DNA from: a bacterium
Lineage (GTDB): Bacteria > Myxococcota_A > UBA9160 > UBA6930
Direction: 5' to 3'
NCBI GenBank assembly: GCA_024228115.1
Contig: JAAETT010000054.1
Span: 12,793 to 76,792 of the forward strand
DNA length: 64,000 nt
Both the position numbers and the translations under genes were made by a program. Shown here in pieces: positions 45,199-52,645 of this stretch. The first letter of the stretch is position 1. Each line of letters opens with the position of its first letter. The notes under the pieces were generated by a model that saw only the letters and a list, made by a program, of their open reading frames with translations, had not been told where the DNA came from and did not search any database.

Positions 45199-45962
45199 TT
45201 CTCAGCGGCCTTCGCTTCCCGATCCGCTGGCGACAGGTAGGCATCGAGCTTCGACTGGATGACCATCGAGTTGTCGCCCTTCAAGATGGATTCGACACCG
45301 ATGATGGCGAGCGTCTTGTGAGCGACTTCGCTCTTCGTACGTGTCTCGAGCTTCGAAGCAATGGGCGCGAACAGGACGAATGCGAGAATGGCGCCATACA
45401 ATGTCGTGAGCAGCGCGACGGCCATGGCGGGGCCGATCGCGGCGGGATCTTCCATCGCCTGGAGCATCTGTACGAGGCCGATCAGCGTTCCGATCATCCC
45501 CATGGCCGGTGCGGTCGAGGCCATGAATTTGAAGACGGCCTGAGAGCGACCATGGCGGCTCTTCAACGTCTTGAGCTCGCCCTCGAGGATTCCGTTGATG
45601 ATCTCCGGTGCGAGACCATCCACGCCCAGCTGGACCCCGCGAGCCAGGAACGGATCCGGGATATCCTCGCCCTCCAGCGAAACGAGCCCTTCCTTGCGAG
45701 CCTTCGCTGCCAGGTCCACCACCTTGTCGATCAGCTCGGTCGCGGAAGGCGCTTTTTCGAAGAACGCCTGGACATAGACCTTCGCCGCACCAGCGACCAG
45801 GCCCATCGATTCATTGATCAGTGTGGCGGCAATCGTACCGCCAACCACGATCAAGAGGCCTGGCGCGTTCACGAACGCCATGATCGAACCGCCTAGCAGC
45901 ATCGCCCCTATGATCAGGCCGATGCCAAGGACGATTCCGATCAGCGTTGCAAGATCCATCAC
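45195..45962 (-). CDS. motA: Flagellar stator protein MotA/PomA
   Basis: Four-TM layout. ...MASTAPAMGMIGTLIGLVQML...GPAMAVALLTTLYGAILAFVLFAPIASKL is the MotA/TolQ/ExbB channel motif. Confidence 0.92.
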   Translation of the reverse strand: MMDLATLIGIVLGIGLIIGAMLLGGSIMAFVNAPGLLIVVGGTIAATLINESMGLVAGAAKVYVQAFFEKAPSATELIDKVVDLAAKARKEGLVSLEGEDIPDPFLARGVQLGVDGLAPEIINGILEGELKTLKSRHGRSQAVFKFMASTAPAMGMIGTLIGLVQMLQAMEDPAAIGPAMAVALLTTLYGAILAFVLFAPIASKLETRTKSEVAHKTLAIIGVESILKGDNSMVIQSKLDAYLSPADREAKAAEK

Positions 45963-46094
45963 AGCCCACCGGAGCGAAATCCACTTCGATTACCCGTGCG
46001 CGGAGCCCGCTCCTGCTACCGCACCTCTACGCAGATATCGGATCTTCCGCGTCGCAGATCGATCCGGGGAAGCATGGAATCCTGCCCGGGGCGT

Positions 46095-46688
46095 CTACCC
46101 CAGAGCATCGGGGTGATCGATCGTGGCGATCTTGCCCCGAGTCTCGCCTAGCACGGGCGCGATCTCGTATTCCAGGTAGTCCGCGACACGAATCCAGTCC
46201 TGGGCTTGCTGGGCATCCGCTACGGAATCCAACCAGGGCTGCACCCGAATCCCGATCTCCTCCACGGGTTGCGCCTTCGGCCCGAGATGCTCCGCAGCTG
46301 CTTGAAGTGTGAACAACAAGACCGACATGGCGTCGATGGCCTCGACGAAATGATCGCTCGCCACCTCCGGCCGATCCGCTCGCATCAGCTGCGCCGTCTC
46401 GAGGAGCGCATCGCGGACGCGATCCGCGTACTCCCCGGCGCTCGCCAGGCTCTTCCATGCCACGTCGCGGACCGATGCCGTCTCGACTTCGACCCGCTCG
46501 CATTCGCCCAGAGCGACCTCGGAGAGATCTCCGAGTTCTAATGCGGGTACTTCCTCCCCGTCGAGAGACAAGCGGAGCACGACCCGAGCCTCGGCCTCGG
46601 ACGGAGCCAGGAACGGGAGAAGCAGGGCTTCCGCGTTCGAAAACTTGCCTTCGACTTCCGCCTCCTGGCCGTCCTGGATCAAGCGCAT
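46095..46688 (-). CDS. Hypothetical 197-aa protein, first gene of the motAB transcription unit
   Basis: The start is trimmed to ATG 46688, with AAGGAGG 4 nt upstream. No recognisable motif. The N-terminal half looks beta-rich and the C-terminal half is helical. It lies directly downstream of a sigma-54 promoter. Confidence 0.5.
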   Translation of the reverse strand: MRLIQDGQEAEVEGKFSNAEALLLPFLAPSEAEARVVLRLSLDGEEVPALELGDLSEVALGECERVEVETASVRDVAWKSLASAGEYADRVRDALLETAQLMRADRPEVASDHFVEAIDAMSVLLFTLQAAAEHLGPKAQPVEEIGIRVQPWLDSVADAQQAQDWIRVADYLEYEIAPVLGETRGKIATIDHPDALG

Positions 46689-46734
46689 GGAACCTCCTTG
46701 CCGCAGTTTTCTTGCTGGCGTAGCCGGACGAAGA

Positions 46735-46750
46735 TGCAAGCGGCGCGCCA
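46735..46750 (-). promoter_or_regulatory. Sigma-54 promoter for hypothetical-motA-motB (TGGCGC-GCCGC-TTGCA)
   Basis: The minus strand reads TGGCGCGCCGCTTGCA, one mismatch to the core. About 47 nt upstream of ATG 46688. Confidence 0.65.
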
Positions 46751-46766
46751 GGGCACGGGTCTTGCT
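46751..46766 (+). promoter_or_regulatory. Sigma-54 promoter for the plus-strand glycosylation operon (GGGCAC-GGGTC-TTGCT)
   Basis: The plus strand reads GGGCACGGGTCTTGCT. It directly abuts the divergent minus-strand promoter. About 105 nt upstream of ATG 46872. Confidence 0.6.
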
Positions 46767-46842
46767 CTTGTGTCTCTTCGCAGCCTTCCCTTGGCCTTTG
46801 CGCCAAGGAGAGGGTCGCTCGGGTTCCCGATCGAAACCGCGA

Positions 46843-46858
46843 CGTTTCAATTTGAAAG
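46843..46858. promoter_or_regulatory. Candidate enhancer site A (CGTTTCA-ATT-TGAAAG)
   Basis: The best palindrome of the family. Its centre is about 101 nt upstream of the motAB-side -24 GG, and it lies 78-93 nt downstream of the plus-strand -12 element. Confidence 0.5.
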
Positions 46859-46871
46859 CAAGGCGGAAAGA

Positions 46872-47576
46872 ATGCACACCGGTGCAGAACGCATGAACAG
46901 CCAGACGGAACTCCGAATGCGTTGGAACGATCTCCACGCGAAGCAACGATATTGCCCGCGCTACCCGGATGAAGCCGTCGTGCGTTGGGCACTCACTTCG
47001 TTTCCCGGGCGGGAAGATGGAACGGCACGTGCCCTCGACCTGGGCTGCGGGGCTGGCCGGCACGCGATCTTCCTCGCACAGGAGGGTTTCGAGACGTCCG
47101 TCGTAGATCTCTCCCAGAAAGGACTCGACGCGACGACACAACGCGCCGCTTCGGAGGGCCTCCAGATCGATGCCCAGCTAGCAGCCGTCGATACGTTCGA
47201 CTTTCCTCCTGGCTTCTTCGACGCCGTGCTCTCGTACAGCGTGTACTGCTATGCGCCTCTCGAGCGGATCGGCGCATCCATCGCGCGCGTCGCCGATTCA
47301 TTGAAGCCCGGCGGGCGCTTCCTCTGCTTTACTCGAACGACCGCGGATTGGCGTAGAGGCTTTGGAACGCCGACAGGCCCGGAGCGCTGCCGAATCAATG
47401 CTCTAGATGGCACACCCGCGGATGCCGAGGCGGGCCTCGAACTCACCTTTCTCGAAGAGCCGACATTGAGGCGGCTTTTCGAGCCCTTTCATCGTATCGA
47501 GGTGAACCGCCGCAGCGTCAGCCGCCAGGACGGTCACTTCATCGACGATGATTGGTTGGTGACGGCGGTGCGATGA
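46872..47576 (+). CDS. Class I SAM-dependent methyltransferase
   Basis: The start is trimmed to ATG 46872. Motif I ALDLGCGAGRHAIFLAQEG, post-I VVDLS, motif II ...FDAVLSYSV. Confidence 0.8.
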   Translation: MHTGAERMNSQTELRMRWNDLHAKQRYCPRYPDEAVVRWALTSFPGREDGTARALDLGCGAGRHAIFLAQEGFETSVVDLSQKGLDATTQRAASEGLQIDAQLAAVDTFDFPPGFFDAVLSYSVYCYAPLERIGASIARVADSLKPGGRFLCFTRTTADWRRGFGTPTGPERCRINALDGTPADAEAGLELTFLEEPTLRRLFEPFHRIEVNRRSVSRQDGHFIDDDWLVTAVR

Positions 47577-47577
47577 C

Positions 47578-48564
47578 GTGATGCTCCGTGAGGCGCGAAA
47601 GATCCTCCTCCGGGTGGAGGCAAATGCCGAGATCGGCCGGGGCCACGCCGTGAGGTCGGCTGCCCTGGTCGATGCACTGGCTTCGGACGAGCCGCTGATC
47701 GTCGTGGGCGAAGGGGCGGAGCTGCGATCACTCTTCCCCAACGCAGAAATCGAGCCGTCCGAACGATTTGCTGAGCTCGCCGCCGAGGCCAGCGTCACCA
47801 TCATCGATCATCCGAACCCCCGTGTCGCGGACCTCGAAATCCCGGGGCTGAAGGTGGTGATCGACGATGGGGGCGACATTGCTTCCGCGGATATCGTGGT
47901 CGCCGGTGGTGGCCCCCCTTCTCGCTACGCCTACCCGAAGCTCGGTGAAGGCGTCCTTCGGTTGTGTGGGCCCCAGTACGCTCTCTTGCGTCCGGCCTTC
48001 TCGAAGGAACGACGGATCAGGGATGAACGATCCAAGCCCGGATTGCTTCTAGCGGCTGGCTCGGGAGGCAACGCTGCGCGTTGGTTGATAGGCGTACTCG
48101 AGGTTGCGTCTGGGATTTCCGGCCAACCATCCATCGACGTCGTCGTCGGAGCCTCGTTCGCAGAACACGACCGGCTCCGGATTCTCTGCGAAGAAGGAGG
48201 CCACTGGCTCGGCTGCAACCTCTCGGGCTCTGCCCTCGCCAACCGGCTAGCCACGGCTTCCGTCGCCGTCGTCACCGGAGGCATGATCGTGCCGGAGGTT
48301 CTGGCACTCGGTACCCCATGCGTAGCGTTTCCGAACGAAAGGGACCTCGTCGAGGAAATCGCCTGGTTGGATGAGCTGGACGCTCTTTGCGGGCTCGATC
48401 CACGCGGCGCCCCGGAAGAAACCTGGCTTCGCGTCGGAGAGCTCCTCTCGGATGTTCGGCAGGCCGAGGCGTTGGCGGCTTCGGGCATGCGCCTGTTCGA
48501 TGGACGCGGCGCCGATCGCGTTGCGGCAGCCATCGAAGAACGGCTCTCCGGAGCGAACCGCTGA
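47578..48564 (+). CDS. pseG: PseG-like UDP-sugar hydrolase (GT28-like fold), pseudaminic acid pathway
   Basis: N-terminus ILLRVEANAEIGRGHAVRSAALVDAL matches the PseG RxDxxxxIGxGHxxR pattern. The C-terminal ...VVTGGMIVPEVLALGTPCVAF is GT-B-like. Confidence 0.72.
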   Translation: MMLREARKILLRVEANAEIGRGHAVRSAALVDALASDEPLIVVGEGAELRSLFPNAEIEPSERFAELAAEASVTIIDHPNPRVADLEIPGLKVVIDDGGDIASADIVVAGGGPPSRYAYPKLGEGVLRLCGPQYALLRPAFSKERRIRDERSKPGLLLAAGSGGNAARWLIGVLEVASGISGQPSIDVVVGASFAEHDRLRILCEEGGHWLGCNLSGSALANRLATASVAVVTGGMIVPEVLALGTPCVAFPNERDLVEEIAWLDELDALCGLDPRGAPEETWLRVGELLSDVRQAEALAASGMRLFDGRGADRVAAAIEERLSGANR

Positions 48565-49289
48565 TGCGTTTGGCCATCATGCAGCCAACCTACCTGCCCT
48601 GGTCTGGATACCTCGATCTCGCCGATCAGGTAGATGTCTTCGTCTTCCTCGATGACGCCAGCTTTGCGCATCGCAGCTGGCAGCAGCGCAATCGAATCGT
48701 CGCGGCCGGAGCCCTGCAATGGCTCACGGTTCCGGTTCGGGTAAAAGGCCTGCGCGGCCAGACGATCCGGGATGTCGAGATCGAGCGCCCCGACTTCTGG
48801 CGCAAACATCTGCGCGCGTTGGCACATGCCTACGCGAAGGCGCCGTTCTTCGACGAGTACTGCCCCAGGCTCGAAGCCATCTTGTCTCGGCCCGAAGGTT
48901 GGACTGGGCTCGCGGAACTGAACCTGGCCCTCATAGAATGGCTCTTTGGCGAATTCGCCATCGAGGTCCCAACCCACCTCTCTTCCCGACTCAAAGCCGG
49001 GAGTCGCCGCGGCGAGCGGTTGGCCGCGCTCTGCCAGGAACTCGGAGCCGACCAATACGTTTCTGCCCCGGGTACCGAGGCATACCTCCCCGAAGACCAG
49101 GAGCCGTTCCGCGGCCGCGGAATCGACGTTTCGATCCAATCCTTCGAGCTGCCCGTGTACAGGCAGAGCTGCGACGGCTTTGTTGCCCAGGCCAGTGCCA
49201 TCGATCTGCTGTTCAATGAAGGACCGGGGGCGCTCGACATCCTGCGGCGTGGGCGTCGCCCTGCTCGACCACTCGGTGCTGCACCGTGA
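48564..49289 (+). CDS. WbqC-family protein
   Basis: The start is trimmed to ATG 48564 (TGATG junction with pseG). MRLAIMQPTYLPWSGYLDLADQVDVFVFLDDASFAHRSWQQRNRI is the WbqC signature. Confidence 0.8.
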   Translation: MRLAIMQPTYLPWSGYLDLADQVDVFVFLDDASFAHRSWQQRNRIVAAGALQWLTVPVRVKGLRGQTIRDVEIERPDFWRKHLRALAHAYAKAPFFDEYCPRLEAILSRPEGWTGLAELNLALIEWLFGEFAIEVPTHLSSRLKAGSRRGERLAALCQELGADQYVSAPGTEAYLPEDQEPFRGRGIDVSIQSFELPVYRQSCDGFVAQASAIDLLFNEGPGALDILRRGRRPARPLGAAP

Positions 49290-50341
49290 ACGGCTTTCAT
49301 CTCGAAGGGCGTGCGATCGGAGGCAACGCTCCCCCGTATGTGGTTGCGGAACTTTCCGCCAACCACCTTGGCCGGCTCGACCGCGCCCTCGCCATCGTCG
49401 ATGCGGCCCACGGTGTCGGAGCGGACGCGATCAAGCTTCAGACCTACACCGCGGACAGCATGACGCTGGATCTTGCAGGGCCGGGCTTCTCGATCAAAGA
49501 GGGACCTTGGAGTGGACGGAACCTCTTCGAGCTCTACGCTGAAGCGGAGACTCCCGCCGCTTGGCATCTCGAACTCTTTGAACGGGCACGCAGGCTGGGC
49601 ATGGCGGTCTTCAGCTCGCCCTTCGACCCTGCCGCTGTCGATTTCCTGGAGAGCCTGGACGCACCTGCCTACAAGATTGCGTCCTTCGAGCTCGGCGACC
49701 ATGAGCTGATTGCTCGCTCGGCCGACACGGGAAAGCCACTCATCCTTTCCACCGGAATGGCCCAGCAGGACGATATCCAGCGCGCTCTCGATGTCGCGCG
49801 AAATGCGGGTGCCTCGGACCTCGCCTTGCTGCATTGCGTGAGCGGCTACCCGACTCCACCCGACGAAATGAATCTTCGCCGCGTCGCTACGCTCGCCGCC
49901 GAGTTCGACGTCGTCACGGGCCTCTCGGATCATAGCCTGACGGCCGCTGCGCCGGTCGCCGCAGTCGCCCTTGGTGCAAGCGTGATCGAAAAGCATCTCA
50001 CGCTCTGTCGGGCCGATGGTGGGCCCGACGCGGGTTTCAGCCTCGAGCCTGACGAGTTTGCAACGATGGTTCGCGACGTGAGAGAAGCGTGGAGCGGCCT
50101 GGGCACCGGCCACTGTGCGAGCGCACCTAGCGAAGACAGCAGCCGGATCTATCGGCGCTCCCTGTACATCGTGCGCGATGTGGCCGCGGGCGACCGGATC
50201 ACCCGCGAAACCATTCGGGCCATCCGGCCTGCGCTTGGCCTGGAGCCGCGTCATCTCGAGAACGTATTGGGACGCCCCGCATTGCGTGCCTTGAAGCGCG
50301 GGGAACCCCTCGCCTGGGAGCAGCTCGGGGAGCCATCATGA
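49286..50341 (+). CDS. pseI: Pseudaminic/N-acetylneuraminic acid synthase (NeuB/PseI family)
   Basis: ...PYVVAELSANHLGRLDRALAIVDAAHGVGADAIKLQTY..., ...KIASFELGDHELI..., and a C-terminal SAF domain. GTGA coupling to the WbqC gene. Confidence 0.88.
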   Translation: MNGFHLEGRAIGGNAPPYVVAELSANHLGRLDRALAIVDAAHGVGADAIKLQTYTADSMTLDLAGPGFSIKEGPWSGRNLFELYAEAETPAAWHLELFERARRLGMAVFSSPFDPAAVDFLESLDAPAYKIASFELGDHELIARSADTGKPLILSTGMAQQDDIQRALDVARNAGASDLALLHCVSGYPTPPDEMNLRRVATLAAEFDVVTGLSDHSLTAAAPVAAVALGASVIEKHLTLCRADGGPDAGFSLEPDEFATMVRDVREAWSGLGTGHCASAPSEDSSRIYRRSLYIVRDVAAGDRITRETIRAIRPALGLEPRHLENVLGRPALRALKRGEPLAWEQLGEPS

Positions 50342-51078
50342 GCGGGCCCGTCGTCGCCATCCTGCAGGCACGGGCAACCTCCACGCGCCTACCGGGAAAG
50401 GTCTGCTTGCCGCTGGCAGGTGCGCCTCTCCTCTCTCGCGTGATCGAACGCGTGGCACGAACCCCGGGCGTCGACGAGATCTGCGTAGCCATTCCGGATG
50501 GAGAGGTCCAGAATCCTGTTGCCGATGTGGTCGCCCTGCATCCGGGGGTTCGTCTCGTCCGGGGCCCGGAGGACGACGTACTCGCGCGTACGGCGATCGC
50601 GATCCGGGAGACCGGGGCGTCGGTCGTGCTCCGCGTGACGTCCGACTGCCCGCTCTACGATCCGGCTGTTGGAGCCTCGGTGCTGGAGATGCGTTCGCAC
50701 CTCCAGGTCGTTCTGGCTTCGACCGCCCTCGAATCGGGATTTCCGATCGGGTTGGATGCCGAAGCCATCGCCGGCGATGCGCTTCTACATGCCGATCGCG
50801 AAGCCCGGGACCCCTATGAACGCGAACATGTCACGCCGTGGTTGTGGCGGGGCTCGGCGCACGGCGCCGTAGCCTTCCTCGATCGGAGCCCCGACCGACG
50901 TGCCTGGAGATTGGCTGTCGATACTGCCGACGACTACCGGCTCGTTTCCGCAGTCTTCGACGAACTCCACGAACGCGATCCGGCCTTCGGCTTCGATGCC
51001 ATCGAGCGATGTCTTTCGGCCCACCCAGAATGGGTCGGCTGGAACGCGCACGTACCCCAGACACCCTATCAGTGGTGA
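50338..51078 (+). CDS. Cytidylyltransferase of the SpsF/PseF type (CMP-nonulosonate synthetase candidate)
   Basis: VVAILQARATSTRLPGKVCLPLAGAPLL is the SpsF/acylneuraminate cytidylyltransferase N-terminal motif. ATGA coupling to pseI. Confidence 0.72.
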   Translation: MSGPVVAILQARATSTRLPGKVCLPLAGAPLLSRVIERVARTPGVDEICVAIPDGEVQNPVADVVALHPGVRLVRGPEDDVLARTAIAIRETGASVVLRVTSDCPLYDPAVGASVLEMRSHLQVVLASTALESGFPIGLDAEAIAGDALLHADREARDPYEREHVTPWLWRGSAHGAVAFLDRSPDRRAWRLAVDTADDYRLVSAVFDELHERDPAFGFDAIERCLSAHPEWVGWNAHVPQTPYQW

Positions 51079-51088
51079 GGAACATTCC

Positions 51089-52564
51089 ATGCGTCTTCTC
51101 TTCGTGAATCCGAACCTGCGGCCCGGCCACTCGACACGATACCTCCCGGTGGGCCTGGCCTACGTGATGACGACGGTTCGTGAAGCGGGTTACGACGTGG
51201 AGGTGCTGGACATCGGCCTGCACGACCAGGCTGATGCGGAGGTGGAAAGATTCCTCGCCGAGGACCGCTGGGACGCGATTCTCACCGGCTCGATCGTTAC
51301 GCACTATAAGTGGATGAAGGCGTTCACGCGGATGGCGAGGAAGAATGCGCCTCATGCGAAGCAGATCGTAGGCAACTCCGTCGCAGGCTCCGTGCCGGAA
51401 CTCTTCTTGCGCAACTCCGAAGCGGATGTCGTGGTCGTGGGTGAGGGCGAGCTGACGACCGTCGCCGTGCTTGACGCGCTCCACAATGGAAGCTCTCTAG
51501 AGGAAGTCGAGGGCATCGTGCTCCGCGGTGCAGGTGGCAAACCCGTCCACACGCCGCGGCGACGAGCGGCGCGTGTCGACCAGTTTCCGATGCCCGATTG
51601 GGACCTCTTCGAGATCGGTACCTACTTTGGCCAGACCGATGCCCCCTCGGCCTGGGGAATCGGCGAGGGCCCGGAGACCTGGCGAACGATGCCCGTGGCT
51701 ACGGCTCGCGGCTGTGTCTTCAAATGCACGTTCTGTCACATCGTCTACAAGCACGATCCCTATCGGCACCGCTGCGCGGAAGGAATCCTCCAGGAGGTCC
51801 GCCGGAACATCGAGCGCTACGGCGCGAACTACATCAACTTCTGGGACGATCTCACATTCTACAAGCTCTCCCAGGCCGAGAAGATGATCGACGCCATTCT
51901 CGACTCGGGCCTTCGTTTTGCCTGGAGTGCTTCCGTGCGTACGGATCTGTTCGGGAATCCCGAGATCCCTTTCGAGCGCAGGCTGGCCGTCGCCGAAAAA
52001 TTCCGTGAGGCCGGATGCCGAACGCTCGGCTACTCGCTCGAATCTGGGAATGCCGGGATCCTCGAGATGATGAACAAGCGTGTCCGCGTCGAGTATTTCG
52101 AGGAGCAGGTCCGCATCCTGCGGCAGGCCGGGATCACGTCGAATACGAGCGTCGTGCTCGGATACCCGATCGAAACCCTCGACACGATTCGCGAAACCTT
52201 CGACCTGTGCGAACGAAACGGGGTCTACCCCAGCGTCGGTTTTCTGCTGCCGCTACCGGACACGGAGATGTACACCTACGCCCTGCGCCAGGGCCTCATC
52301 CGAGATGAGGATGCCTACCTGGATTCCATCACCGAGCGACAGGACATCTGCCTGAACATGACCGAACTCGAAGACCAGCAGATCCTCGATGAGATCCAGG
52401 CCGGCTGTTCGAGACTGAACGATCGACTGGACCTGGGCCTCTCAGACGATCAATTCATTCGCACCGGCGGCTACAAGAAGCACACGCCGAAATCTGCGGA
52501 AGCCCGCCGCCGAAACCAGAACGACACGAGCTTCAGCTATTCCAAGCAAGCCTTCGAGCAATGA
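51089..52564 (+). CDS. B12-binding-domain radical SAM enzyme
   Basis: The start is trimmed to ATG 51089, with GAGGAA upstream. N-terminal cobalamin-binding-like region (LLFVNPNL...LPVGLAYVMTTVREAGYDVEVLDIG) and a CxxxCxxC cluster (ARGCVFKCTFCH). Confidence 0.85.
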   Translation: MRLLFVNPNLRPGHSTRYLPVGLAYVMTTVREAGYDVEVLDIGLHDQADAEVERFLAEDRWDAILTGSIVTHYKWMKAFTRMARKNAPHAKQIVGNSVAGSVPELFLRNSEADVVVVGEGELTTVAVLDALHNGSSLEEVEGIVLRGAGGKPVHTPRRRAARVDQFPMPDWDLFEIGTYFGQTDAPSAWGIGEGPETWRTMPVATARGCVFKCTFCHIVYKHDPYRHRCAEGILQEVRRNIERYGANYINFWDDLTFYKLSQAEKMIDAILDSGLRFAWSASVRTDLFGNPEIPFERRLAVAEKFREAGCRTLGYSLESGNAGILEMMNKRVRVEYFEEQVRILRQAGITSNTSVVLGYPIETLDTIRETFDLCERNGVYPSVGFLLPLPDTEMYTYALRQGLIRDEDAYLDSITERQDICLNMTELEDQQILDEIQAGCSRLNDRLDLGLSDDQFIRTGGYKKHTPKSAEARRRNQNDTSFSYSKQAFEQ

Positions 52565-52645
52565 GTCAACCAGCGGGGACGGAGTTTACAATTGACTTTT
52601 CAGAGGAAAGTCAATTGTAAACTCCGTCCCCGCTGGTTGACTCAT
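52561..52645. repeat. Perfect 39-bp inverted repeat (7-nt loop) between convergent genes; probable bidirectional terminator or palindromic element
   Basis: Arms 52561-52599 (ATGAGTCAACCAGCGGGGACGGAGTTTACAATTGACTTT) and 52607-52645 are exact reverse complements. The loop is TCAGAGG. The TGA stops of both flanking genes lie at arm positions 2-4. Confidence 0.9.
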
